A stretch of DNA of 63,727 nt, the filler included, from Octopus bimaculoides (lineage: Eukaryota), in the NCBI RefSeq assembly GCF_001194135.2. It is 5 parts of 5 records of this genome, joined end to end, with 100 filler letters (N's around TTAATTAATTAA, not from the genome) between each part and the next. Parts side by side here need not be neighbours in the genome. Positions count along the whole stretch, not along the records: positions 15,115 to 32,189 come from NC_068993.1; positions 32,290 to 41,745 come from NC_068992.1; 3 more parts are not named here. The stretch is one strand, 5' to 3'. The position numbers were made by a program, and so were the translations under genes. How positions within the stretch are numbered: the first letter of the stretch is position 1; each line of letters starts with the position of its first letter. Positions 27,650 to 41,039 of this stretch are shown here, piece by piece. The notes under the pieces were generated by a model. The model saw only the letters and a list, made by a program, of their open reading frames with translations, did not search any database and was not told where the DNA came from.

Positions 27650-28538
27650 TTATATATATATATATATATACATACGTACGTACATACATACATACATACA
27701 TACATACATACATACATACATACAGTTGTGTCGATAGAGACAGAGCTGAGGAGGATAATGTATCTCTTAGTGGTCGTGGTGGTAGTGACGGTGGTAGTTA
27801 CGGNNNNNNNNNNGTGGTGGTGGTGGTGGTGGTAGTTGCAGCTGTGATAACGGTGATAGCAAAAGCGCTAGAGCGTATGGTAGCGTTGTGAGACATGTTT
27901 CGTGAAAATACAATAGGCCGGGAAAATGTGGTCTCGCGGATGGTGTAGTAATAGGTGAAGGCCGATTTCGAAACGGGATGATTCGTGATTGGTGCATTGA
28001 TGATGATGGCAGCGGCAAGGGGGTTGGCTGAAGATTTTTCGGGTCTAGAGACGAGATATTTTAAAGCAATTTTTCAACTTGACTATCATTTATAATTTCT
28101 GACAGAGCAATTACTTTTAATGAACAATCTTTTGTTATTAGACGAAAATAATATTGCTAAGACGGTTATTGCATTGTGTGTAGGGAGAAACAAATTAAGA
28201 AATAAATAAATAAATATGAGAATACATCAATAAATAAAGGAATAAATATATGAATGAAATAATAAAGAAATAGATAAATAAAGGAATATTCGAACAAACT
28301 ATAAAACGACACACTTTATTATAATAATGCACAACGTCGTCGGAACTGGCATCAAGAACGAAACAACAACGACACCAACAAATATTTATAACGAAATAAC
28401 AATAACAACAACAACAACAACAACAACAACAATAATAATAATCATAATAATAATAATCATAATAATAATAACACTGAGGATTGTCACGATAAAAATGATA
28501 ATGGTAACATCGACAGCAACAACGAGATCAACAACAAC

Positions 28539-28592
<54 letters not shown>

Positions 28593-29607
28593 CATAATAA
28601 TAATAATAATAATAACAATAATGAATATAACTTTGTATATATCATATATGTATGCATGTATATATANNNNNNNNNNNNNNNNNNNNNNNNNNNNNNNNNN
28701 NNNNNNNNNNNNNNNNNNNNNNNNNNNNNNNNNNNNNNNNNNNNNNNNNNNNNNNNNNNNNNNNNNNNNNNNNNNNNNNNNNNNNNNNNNNNNNNNNNNN
28801 NNNNNNNNNNNNNNNNNNNNNNNNNNNNNNNNNNNNNNNNNNNNNNNNNNNNNNNNNNNNNNNNNNNNNNNNNNNNNNNNNNNNNNNNNNNNNNNNNNNN
28901 NNNNNNNNNNNNNNNNNNNNNNNNNNNNNNNNNNNNNNNNNNNNNNNNNNNNNNNNNNNNNNNNNNNNNNNNNNNNNNNNNNNNNNNNNNNNNNNNNNNN
29001 NNNNNNNNNNNNNNNNNNNNNNNNNNNNNNNNNNNNNNNNNNNNNNNNNNNNNNNNNNNNNNNNNNNNNNNNNNNNNNNNNNNNNNNNNNNNNNNNNNNN
29101 NNNNNNNNNNNNNNNNNNNNNNNNTAGATGCACATGTATGTATGCATGTATCTATCTATCTATCTATCTATATATATATATATGTATGTACATATTGTTT
29201 GTATGTGAGTATGTTTGTACGTGTGTGTGTGTGTGTGTGTATGTGTGCGCGTGCGTGCCTGTATAAATCAAGTGATAGTATAATGTTGAGACTATTCTTT
29301 GCCACTATTCTGAGTCTGGCACGAACACGGGACATAAGATAGATTTAATGTTATCACCATTACAGAAATACTGTAATATCTCTTTTGAGATATATTTATT
29401 TTGATTGAAAACACACAGAATACATATACCTGTACAGAAACATACACATCCACTAAAATCTACACATACACACTTAAACTTCTGGTAACAAATTAAGACA
29501 CGAGAAAAACAACGACACAAACAACAGCTAAAAACGATAACTATTGTAGAAATTAAAGTTTAAAAAATATTAGGAAGAATAATGGAGAATGAGACGAAAA
29601 GAAAGTA

Positions 29608-29611
29608 GTAA

Positions 29612-29690
<79 letters not shown>

Positions 29691-29814
29691 GTAGTAGTAG
29701 TATGTAGGGAATTGGAAAGCAAGGAAAGTTACGCACTGTGGGACAGCAGAATGATATGTGGGACAAGGAGAATGTGGTGGGGTGGTTTGAGAAGTAGAGA
29801 AGGGAATGAATAAC

Positions 29815-29885
<71 letters not shown>

Positions 29886-30039
29886 TAATAATAATAATAA
29901 TAATAATAATAATCATGATGATGATGGTCGTGGTGATGAGGCGGAGGAGGAGGAGAGGAAGAGGAATACGAGGAAGTGGATGCAGGTGAGGATAACGATG
30001 ATGATGATGATGATGACGGTAATGTTTGTTGTTGTGTTG

Positions 30040-30124
<85 letters not shown>

Positions 30125-30302
30125 NNNNNNNNNNNNNNNNNNNNNNNNNNNNNNNNNNNNNNNNNNNNNNNNNNNNNNNNNNNNNNNNNNNNNNNNNNNN
30201 NNNNNNNNNNNNNNNNNNNNNNNNNNNNNNNNNNNNNNNNNNNNNNNNNNNNAAGAAGAAGAAGAAGAAGAAGAAGAAGAAGAAGAAGAAGAAGAAGAAG
30301 AA
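29608..30302. repeat. Compound (TAG)n, (AAT)n, (GAT)n, (TTA)n, (GAA)n microsatellites with a gap
   Basis: Direct reading. Confidence 0.9.
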
Positions 30303-31675
30303 AAGGAAGGGAATAACAAAAACTTTAAAAAATTAAAAGCGAAGAATACGAGAAGCAAAATAATAATAGCAATCAATAATATTTTAATTGCTTATCGTGG
30401 TTAATTGCGGAACGAAATAATAAATGAGAAGGAAGAAAATAAATTAGAATTCGAATGAGATTAAGAATGAAAAGTGAGAAGATAGAAAGACAGATAGACC
30501 GTGAGATGAAAAAAAAAAAAGACGAATTTATTGTCTTCTTGAGTTCAGTCATTTGACTTCGGCCACGCTGGAGCAGCGACATCAAGGGCTTAATCATTAA
30601 ATTGAATTCTGTAGTTATTCTGATCTATCGAATTGCTAGAAACATCGCATACAAAGTTACAACGAAAGAAAGCGTGCCGGTTCTTATACTTAGCCAAGGC
30701 AGAGGTATTGTTTTCAGTCGTGTCTGTTTGTTTGTTTGTCCTTGTACAAGATATTTCAAGAACCACTAGATGGATTCGAATGAAACTTTCAAGGATATTT
30801 GGCCTCTCGATCGATTCGGTAGCGGACAAGGATTCTGAATTTTTTTTCCTGATCTTTAACTTAATTTTTGAGAGCGGTCAGGTCCATTCTTAGTATTCTC
30901 GCTTGTGAGAACATTCGAGTTCATTTCAGATAGTCTCATTTTAAAAATCCTCTCTGGCTAATCGTTGAGAGGACGTTGGTGTTGCCTTGGCGAAAGTTTG
31001 TGCTCTGTGAGTGTTCTGGGTTGTTACTAAAATTGTTTTTAATGGCTGCACCATGCTTAAAGTTTTACGTGGAATGCAGGACCGGTTTAGTCAGATATAG
31101 GCCCTAAGCACTTAAAAGATTTTGGTGCTCCCCCATATATATATATATATATATATAAACAATAATGAATAAATATATAAACAATAATAACAATTATGTA
31201 AAGACGGACGAAATACGAAATGTCGCTAAGCATTTTGCCCAACATGTTAAATATCTCCCAGCTCACCGTTATAGAATTGCAAAGACAGAACAAAAGACGA
31301 TAGACAGAATTATTCTCAAATATTACTGCAGCAGGTTCGTTTATATAGGCTAGCCGCTTATCTGTTAATTATTGTTATATCCCTAAGATAATGATTAAAG
31401 CTTTTGGGGGGAAGATGAAGGTTTGTATAAGACAATTCATTTCACATATGGCTGCTAATGGGAATAGAAAAGACACAAAATTTACAACATCTGATTCACT
31501 TATCCCATAACATTTTGTCCTCGTCTGTTTCACTACGGAATAAATATGTTTATTTCTTGCATCTCGACACGATGTGGTTGAGAAGTGGCTAATAAATAGA
31601 TCCTCAGGCTTTTCTTAAGGAGATTAAAAGCATCGTAAACATAAAAGACAGACGATTTGCTTTCGATTGAGGGAC

Positions 31676-31710
<35 letters not shown>

Positions 31711-31789
31711 CAGGGAGAGAGAGCAATANNNNNNNNNNNNNNNNNNNNNNNNNNNNNNNNNNNNNNNNNNNNNNNNNNNNNNNNNNNNN

Positions 31790-31826
<37 letters not shown>

Positions 31827-32023
31827 TATATATATATATAGAGAGAGAGAGAGAGGGAGTGTGTGTGTATGTGAATATAGCGAGAGAGAAGAATAGTTTT
31901 ATTACATAATCATGAATAAACTACACTTATTGAAATTTCTCTATTTGTCTGAATATATCTGCGTGTGTGCGCGTGTGCGCGTGTGCAGAGAGAAAGATAG
32001 AAGAAGAGAGAGAGGAAGAGAGA

Positions 32024-32059
<36 letters not shown>

Positions 32060-32714
32060 GAGAGAGAAAGAGAGAGAAAGAGAGAGATTTGTGTATGTAT
32101 ATATATATACATATAACTACACGTATATATAAATATGCATTTCTTTCTCTCCCTCTCTCTCTTTGAGTATGTGTATATATATATATATANNNNNNNNNNN
32201 NNNNNNNNNNNNNNNNNNNNNNNNNNNNNNNNNTTAATTAATTAANNNNNNNNNNNNNNNNNNNNNNNNNNNNNNNNNNNNNNNNNNNNTATATATATAC
32301 GCCAGTAAAGTGAATGTATCTGTCATTACAGTATCGAAATGTGATTGTTTCAGTTAGTGGAATAGTTTTATTCTATGCTTAAGGGCCATAACCCCCATGA
32401 AAATTCATATATTTTTCATGTTGATGAAATTTTAACCATACATATTACACGCAAATAAAGTAATATTTATACAAATAGTCCTTCATGAGGACTTCACACC
32501 CACACTTTACTCATTTTTCCTAAGCAAACACGAATACAGTTGTACTTTTACAGTGAAACTATACTCTCACATATATACAGGCATACATACATATATACAT
32601 GCATACATGCATATATATATGGGCACAAATGTAATGAGAATGTGAAGGTCAGAGGTGAAGAGGCTGACAATAGATTTCGCTTGAGAATGTTATTATCTGT
32701 TTAATATCTGTTAC

Positions 32715-32953
32715 CATGTTCCATTGCCCCGTATTGATAAGTGAGTTGTATTTCACTGTGGTGGTAGAGAAATGAGAATGAGATGTAAGTGGTATATTTC
32801 AGTTGATAATTTAGTATCTCTTTAATATATGTAAGCATGTTCCATTGTCCCGTATTGAGAAGTAAGTTTTATTTCACTGTGGTGGTAGAGAAATGAGAAT
32901 GAGATGTAAGTGGTATATTTCAGTTGATAATTTAGTATCTCTTTAATATATGT
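32715..32953. repeat. 121-bp tandem repeat (about 2 copies visible) running into an N gap
   Basis: catgttccattg...gtggtggtagagaaatgagaatgagatgtaagtgg... starts at both 32715 and 32836. Confidence 0.9.
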
Positions 32954-34544
32954 NNNNNNNNNNNNNNNNNNNNNNNNNNNNNNNNNNNNNNNNNNNNNNN
33001 NNNNNNNNNNNNNNNNNNNNNNNNNNNNNNNNNNNNNNNNNNNNNNNNNNNNNNNNNNNNNNNNNNNNNNNNNNNNNNNNNNNNNNNNNNNNNNNNNNNN
33101 NNNNNNNNNNNNNNNNNNNNNNNNNNNNNNNNNNNNNNNNNNNNNNNNNNNNNNNNNNNNNNNNNNNNNNNNNNNNNNNNNNNNNNNNNNNNNNNNNNNN
33201 NNNNNNNNNNNNNNNNNNNNNNNNNNNNNNNNNNNNNNNNNNNNNNNNNNNNNNNNNNNNNNNNNNNNNNNNNNNNNNNNNNNNNNNNNNNNNNNNNNNN
33301 NNNNNNNNNNNNNNNNNNNNNNNNNNNNNNNNNNNNNNNNNNNNNNNNNNNNNNNNNNNNNNNNNNNNNNNNNNNNNNNNNNNNNNNNNNNNNNNNNNNN
33401 NNNNNNNNNNNNNNNNNNNNNNNNNNNNNNNNNNNNNNNNNNNNNNNNNNNNNNNNNNNNNNNNNNNNNNNNNNNNNNNNNNNNNNNNNNNNNNNNNNNN
33501 NNNNNNNNNNNNNNNNNNNNNNNNNNNNNNNNNNNNNNNNNNNNNNNNNNNNNNNNNNNNNNNNNNNNNNNNNNNNNNNNNNNNNNNNNNNNNNNNNNNN
33601 NNNNNNNNNNNNNNNNNNNNNNNNNNNNNNNNNNNNNNNNNNNNNNNNNNNNNNNNNNNNNNNNNNNNNNNNNNNNNNNNNNNNNNNNNNNNNNNNNNNN
33701 NNNNNNNNNNNNNNNNNNNNNNNNNNNNNNNNNNNNNNNNNNNNNNNNNNNNNNNNNNNNNNNNNNNNNNNNNNNNNNNNNNNNNNNNNNNNNNNNNNNN
33801 NNNNNNNNNNNNNNNNNNNNNNNNNNNNNNNNNNNNNNNAAGTATCTGCCATTACAGTATCGAAATGTGATTGTTTCAGTTAGTGGAATAGTTTCATTTT
33901 TAAAGTGAAAGTATTTGACATGAGTGTTTTTGTTTCACTTTTGACACGTAATACTTAAATAGTGGAGGAGATATTATGTTGCCGTGGGCTCGAACTCTGC
34001 AAGAAGTTAAAAATTTTTTTTGACTAAAACACAACTGGAACCCTAAGTAAAGGATGTGTAAAATTTGAATGAAATTGGTTGCGTAGTTCTCGAGTTTTAG
34101 GGATTCACACAGACAGACAGACAGACAGACAGACACACATTCTCATTTTTATATATATAGATATACATACATACATATAAATGTGTGCATATGTGAGCGT
34201 TTGTAGTATTGCTTCAGGAGTATGATACAGTGACTAATACACACATATAGACAAATGTGCGCACACATACACAAACACAAACACATATACATGCACACGT
34301 GCACAACACACACATGCACAACACACACATGCACAATACACACATGCACTCAAATATAGAAATATATAGAAATAAATACACAGAAACCAAGTATTGGAAT
34401 CTTTTGTCGCAATTCCAGTAATGCAAAGACCAATTCTCTGTCACAGCAACCGTTTGCCAACAACTATATTCTGTAGAATGCCAACCGTGTAGTAGGCGTT
34501 TCAACAATCTGTAACCGTATAGGCTATAGAATGGCTGAAAATAG

Positions 34545-34690
34545 TAAGCAGGCGTGTCTGTGTGGTAAGAATTTTGCTTCTCAACCACATGATTTTCAGT
34601 TCAGTGCCACTGCTGGGTTCTTTGAGCAAGTGTCTACTACAATAGCCCCGGGCTCTAGTCGAAGAAATGGAAGAAGTCCGTCGCATATAT
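34545..34690 (+). mobile_element. Diverged 5' half of the dominant SINE family
   Basis: gcaggcgtgtctgtgtggtaagaattttgcttctcaaccacatg...gagcaagtgtctactacaatagccccggg. Confidence 0.7.
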
Positions 34691-34853
34691 ATGCATATGT
34701 ATGTATATACGTACATGCACACACACACATACACACACTCATGTATACACACACATCTATTTATATAAACTGTAGATTAATTGGGATATATGAGAATCCG
34801 AAAAGGCTTTTCAGTGTAGTTTGCCATAGAGGAAAATTCTCACTTTGTGTTCA

Positions 34854-34886
<33 letters not shown>

Positions 34887-35016
34887 ATATATATATATAT
34901 ATATCTATATACAATATAATATTAATATGATGCATATTATTATGTACATAGAAGCTATGATACTTCATTGCCATTTAGCTGAGAAACTGAGGTTTTCAGC
35001 TTGGTTATAGTACACA

Positions 35017-35059
<43 letters not shown>

Positions 35060-36018
35060 ATGCTCTCAAATGTACACACATACGCACACATCAGTATAGG
35101 TTTAGTGTACTCAGTTCAATACCTGAAAGAAATGGAGGAGTCAATGCATTTGTTGAGCAATAATTTTATTGCGGCTCTTGGAAAATTAAAACCGAGAACA
35201 GCCGCCAGAGATGAGACGGTATTTTACTTTGAAGCAATGGATTTTCCAATAATCATAACATATACATATATAAATATACATACATACACTCATACACACG
35301 TGTATATATATGCATACATATATGCACACACACACACACTCACACACACGTATGTATACATACTTATGTATATACACTCGTATGAATGTATTAATGTTTG
35401 TTTTTCTGTATAGTTTTATATATAACGGTCAAATATTAATTGAAGGATCACTTATGCTCGATATCTTTCAGTAGAATATCATATATATTTTATTTCTACA
35501 AGGAAAATGGTGACAGTGGCTTCAAAGTATCTTCATAGTCGTGCATGTCGGACTGTAAAACAGAATTAGTTTTTCGGGCCGTTATATATACTTTTTGGTT
35601 CATCTTGTGAATGAAGTAATGAGGTTGCAGATTGGGTGTGGTAGAATATTGCGCCACTCTCAAAGCAAACTAAAATGTATATTAAGTTTGGAAACCCAAA
35701 TGTATCTTATAATCTGACGAAGGAAACTAAATCGAAAGTTCAAAGTCTCTTTTAACCTTGAGGTGGAGTGTATGTTGTGATGACTTCAAATTTATACTCT
35801 CGAAGTCACAGTCAAACACTATACATAATAGATTCTTTCGACATTAGTAAATATGTATTCAAAATCATCACTTAAACCGAACATTAATTCATGCATGTCC
35901 ACAAATAGCCATACAAACACACATACATTTATACATACACACGCACACATACAACTCGATGTAACAGGTTAGAAGATAGTAGCAGCGAAAAATAATGAAA
36001 GATCTAATTTAATATCCT

Positions 36019-36630
36019 TTCTACTATAGGCACAAGTGCTGAAATTTAGCGGTGGGGGCAGTCGATAGGATCGAGCCCGGTGATCTGCTGGTACATATTT
36101 CCTTGAATTTTTATCTCTATAGTTGCACTTCAACACCATCACCTTTCTTGACGTTTTTGTCACAATCCACCACTCCTCTTTTACAGCCTTCATCCACTAC
36201 AAACTCACAGCCTCTCACTCCTATCTCAATTTCTCCTCCCCTCTCTACTCTATCTACATCAAACTGTCCATCCCTTACTTTCAGTTACTCTGTCTTCACC
36301 GGCTCTGTAATGATGACTATGACTTTGAGACACAATCCCAACTCATGGCTTACTACTTCTCCCAACGAGGATACCCTCTCACCGTTATTAACTCCTCGCT
36401 CACGCCATGACTATTTCTGGAGAAGTCGATGCTGCAGAAACTTCTCTATGACTCTTCTCACCGCACAATGTAGCTATACCGCGCATGCAACGGCGCGAGA
36501 GAGAAAAGTAGTGTGGAGAGAGAAGGGCGAGTACTTCCTTGAAGCATGGAAGATAAATTTGACCTCGGTGGGATTTGAACTCAGAGCGCTAGAAAATATA
36601 GCATAAAACATTAACGATTCCGTCAATTTC
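36019..36630 (-). mobile_element. Second-family SINE split into two halves (about 36019-36107 and 36535-36630) by the PLE insert
   Basis: The halves are collinear with the intact minus-strand copy at 15938-16150. Confidence 0.6.
36108..36534 (+). mobile_element. Penelope-like element RT (thumb region) fragment inserted into a SINE
   Basis: 36123-36410 translates to ITFLDV...HYKLTASHSYLNFSS...KLSIPYFQLLCLHRLCNDD...FSQRGYP, matching the PLE pattern FLD..YxKPT..xYL.F.S.HP...K.SIPxSQ..RL.RLCS...RGYP. Flanked by a ttccttgaa direct repeat (36099-36107 and 36535-36543). Confidence 0.75.
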
Positions 36631-36682
36631 TCGCACTCTCAATTTTCTGATATTTTCTTATGCTTATTTATTCTTTTGATAG

Positions 36683-37117
36683 GTATAGTCTATATAACAG
36701 AAGGTGTATTTCCCGGATGTTCATATATCTCAGAATGGAGCATATGCTCGTCGTCATGTGGAACGGGTATGCGAATTAGAGCTTTAAGTTGCGCCAAAAA
36801 TAAAGGAACTTGGTACAAAATGAAGAAATGCATCAATTATCATTTTGATTGTTACGTCAAACCGAGACTATCCCCAAAGACAACAGCTGAAGAATTAGAA
36901 GAAGAAAGAGTGAAAAGCTCACAGACTTGTATAGGTTCAAAATGTCATGGACATTGGTCGGCATGGACAAAATGTTCTTCAAAATGTGGTAATGGACTTC
37001 AAACAAGAATATGGGTAGACAATAAGAGAGAAACAGACGCAAAGAAACCCGTGTTTGATAAGAGATTTTGTGTACACTGGGACAAAATGTGCACACCATC
37101 ATTTGTCCCTAAACATG
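36683..37117 (+). CDS. Internal exon encoding two thrombospondin type-1 (TSR) repeats; parent gene unidentified
   Basis: Acceptor ttattcttttgatag|G (alternative in-frame AG at 36699-36700) and donor CATG|GTGAGT at 37117/37118. 435 nt, phase 1-1. Motifs CSYISEWSICSSSCGTGMRIRALSC and GHWSAWTKCSSKCGNGLQTR fit the WxxWxxCSxxCGxGxxxR consensus. Confidence 0.85.
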
Positions 37118-37324
37118 GTGAGTACTACATGTATTGCTATTTACTACGCCACTTGTTGTTTACAATGTCAATTATTCTTCCATACTATATCATTCAGTTG
37201 TTTACTAAATCATTTGTTCTTGCTTACTGCGTCAGATAATGTTTACTACAATTCTTCTTGTTTAATGCGTAAGTTCATGTTTACGACATCAGCTGTTCTT
37301 GCTTATTGCGTCAATTGTTCTTGT

Positions 37325-37922
37325 TTGCTAAGACGAGAGTGATAAACATCAAACATCCAGTCAATCCCATGGTGTTTGGAGTGATCAGTATTGATGGCGA
37401 CGTTATGCCGCCATTTATCTTCCTGCACAGCCTCGGAAGTAGTACTGCCTTGGGTCAAGGAGGTGGCTGCTGGAACACCCTATATCTGGCAACAGGATTC
37501 TGCACCATGCCACACAAGCAGGAGAACCCAATCATGGCTATCTGACAATTTCTGCCCACCACATCACCCCTAACATTTGGCCACATAACTCCCCATACTG
37601 CAACCCCCTTGATTATTATGTGTGGGGCGCAGTTGAGCGAGAGACCAACAAAACTTCTTGTAACACCAAAGATGAGCTAATGGCAAGAATTATGGCAGCA
37701 TTCACCAACATAAGCAAAGAGACGGTCCAGAAGAGTTGCAGGAGATTTCAAAGTCGTCTGGAGGCCGTAGTTGTAACAAATGGCGATTTTATTGAATACA
37801 ATTACTTTTTAGTATTTCTAGATATTTTCATACAATCTTGGTAAATATATGTTAAAATGAGATGTCATTGTTATTTTCATTTTTGCGTAATTTAGGCGAC
37901 AAAATATTCACTGCACTCTATA
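37325..37922 (+). mobile_element. Tc1/mariner-superfamily DD37D (maT-like) transposase 3' fragment, frameshifted, with probable right end
   Basis: KHPVNPMVFGVISIDGDVMPPFIF, WQQDSAPCHTSRRTQSWL and WPHNSPYCNPLDYYVWGAVE...RLEAVVVTNGDFIE*. Correcting a 1-nt insertion near 37556 gives 37 residues between the second and third catalytic Asp. Confidence 0.8.
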
Positions 37923-37984
37923 CGATAACCTTCCAGATGATTTATATATATCCACACATACACATGCACACACATGTATATACA

Positions 37985-38038
<54 letters not shown>

Positions 38039-39881
38039 TANNNNNNNNNNNNNNNNNNNNNNNNNNNNNNNNNNNNNNNNNNNNNNNNNNNNNNNNNNNN
38101 NNNNNNNNNNNNNNNNNNNNNNNNNNNNNNNNNNNNNNNNNNNNNNNNNNNNNNNNNNNNNNNNNNNNNNNNNNNNNNNNNNNNNNNNNNNNNNNNNNNN
38201 NNNNNNNNNNNNNNNNNNNNNNNNNNNNNNNNNNNNNNNNNNNNNNNNNNNNNNNNNNNNNNNNNNNNNNNNNNNNNNNNNNNNNNNNNNNNNNNNNNNN
38301 NNNNNNNNNNNNNNNNNNNNNNNNNNNNNNNNNNNNNNNNNNNNNNNNNNNNNNNNNNNNNNNNNNNNNNNNNNNNNNNCAAAATAGTATCGGGGCCAAT
38401 TTGTTCGACTAATTATTTAAACGTAGATCCCAGACATAGTTGCAGTCCAATGATAATGAAACAAGAAAAAGAATAAAATCTTTAAGCAATTTATAATAAA
38501 TAGATTGGAAAGATGTTCAAGAAAGAAGGCAGCTTGATCAAAATACAACCTGATAAATCTTATTATTTTTACGCTTTACACTTTGAAAATGCCAAGATGT
38601 CTGTGATATACCAAGATAGCGTACAATTAGACATTCTAACCGTGACAATCCAGTATTTTTGTTCAGCATTTCTATGGCAGTTATTTGGTGTTGAAAATTA
38701 CTTGGCAGTATGTATCATGCTTTCGTTAGTTGTTTTAGGCGCTTAAGCATTCGCGATCGTGCATAGATGGTCCAAAAGCAGCTCCCACTTTCGATCCAGC
38801 AGGACATCCAGAACAGCTGGAGGGAAAGAGGATTATACTATGAGTGTTCGACCGGTATTCATTCCAACTGAATAGACCGGAGCATGAGCATGAAATGAAA
38901 TACTTCGCAAATGAAACACAACACGTAACCCGGTTCAGGAAACGAATTCACAACTTGGGATATCTAACGTGTTTTAAAACTTGAAGTTTGTTGATATAGC
39001 TTGAGGGAAATTCGACTGCTGTTTCTGGCAAGTCGAGCAAACATAGACTCCCCCTGTTGGTTAGTTACGATTACAATTGAAAGCATTCTTTGTAAAACGT
39101 GAAATATTACTTCTCGTTAATCTAAAATCGATTGGCAAACTCTCGGTCGATGGCTACATTTATTACTTTAAATTCCAACTAAATGTATTTTTTATTCTCT
39201 CCGGTTCGTCATCTTTTTAGAATTTCCAGTTGTAACAGAAGCTAGCTTTCATTCATGATTAGATGCTAGCTTTTTTGACAACTTCATGTGGGAACATATA
39301 GTGAGGCAACAAAAGATAAAGCGCTTTAGATTTATGTAAATGAATCGACGTCTAGAAAGAAAAACTGCTTTCATACTTGAGAATATATTATTCTCAAGAT
39401 ATGACGTGAGAAACTATTCAGTCGAAGACTTTACAAAGTCGAAATTTGCATATCACTCAAGATTTATCTGCATATATCGCTAGTTTGTGTAAAATGGCCG
39501 CTCCGCAGTAGATCTCTCATGAAACTTAGAATGACATAATGAATTACATATCTTTAAATAAAAAAACTTAGTGGAACTATTGTGTTATTATCCAATGAAA
39601 TCATCGAATCTAATCGATGATTATTTGCTAAATCTATATTGATTCATTTGATTGAATTACAAATTTTCTCTCTTCCATTTCTTAAAAAAAAATTTGAAAA
39701 AAATGTATTCAGTCAATAGTGAACAATAGCGCTGGGTATATACAAGTTTTCAACGAGACAAGGGCAGGTTTCCTTTTGTTTTTGAAACTGTTGTCGATAT
39801 ATATACAACCATTGATGTAAAATGTATATCTACACTAAGACATACTTACATGGAGTTTATCGCCGATGTCTACATGCATCA

Positions 39882-39931
<50 letters not shown>

Positions 39932-40968
39932 NNNNNNNNNNATATACCGGTTTGGTAGGTGAGTTCCGCAAAAAATTTAGATTCAGGTGAATATGGTACT
40001 TAAGTTTAGGCACCAGAAATAAGTATGGTATAATTCATACAGTTTCAAAATAAGGTGATTAAAATCAAAATAAGTAACAAGGATATCCAAAGTTACTGCA
40101 GTACGATCGTTTCATGCGACTCCATTTAATTAAGCAATGTGAACATTACATCAAATGTAAAATGTAGAGCAATCCTCAGCTACACAAAGATAGAGAAATT
40201 TAATGAAATTTCATTTCAACAGAAGGACATATTTTTGTAACTACGTTTAAACTCTCCAAGTAGAAAGGAAGAATACAAAAAAAACCATTTTGATTTAGCC
40301 AGATCTTCTAAGCAGATTTTTAACTGTCACTGATTTTATTTGTTTTTTTGTTTCTGATTTATGGACCATCTTATCAGCCCTAGTGATTCAAAGCTTAAGA
40401 GGGCACTGGCATTTTCTTTGTAGGGAAAGGGGTAAACAGTATAGACAGTAAACGTGGATGATATAGTTATATATATATATAACTATATCATATATAGTTA
40501 TATATCATATATATTTCTTAGGGTACACTTCCAACAATATATGCTANNNNNNNNNNNNNNNNNNNNNNNNNNNNNNNNNNNNNNNNNNNNNNNNNNNNNN
40601 NNNNNNNNNNNNNNNNNNNNNNNNNNNNNNNNNNNNNNNNNNNNNNNNNNNNNNNNNNNNNNNNNNNNNNNNNNNNNNNNNNNNNNNNNNNNNNNNNNNN
40701 NNNNNNNNNNNNNNNNNNNNNNNNNNNNNNNNNNNNNNNNNNNNNNNNNNNNNNNNNNNNNNNNNNNNNNNNNNNNNNNNNNNNNNNNNNNNNNNNNNNN
40801 NNNNNNNNNNNNNNNNNNNNNNNNNNNNNNNNNNNNNNNNNNNNNNNNNNNNNNNNNNNNNNNNNNNNNNNNNNNNNNNNNNNNNNNNNNNNNNNNNNNN
40901 NNNNNNNNNNNNNNNNNNNNNNNNNNNNNNNNNNNNNNNNNNNNNNNNNNNNNNNNNNNNNNNNNNNN

Positions 40969-41012
<44 letters not shown>

Positions 41013-41039
41013 GTATGTGTGTGTGTCCGTATCTGTGCT

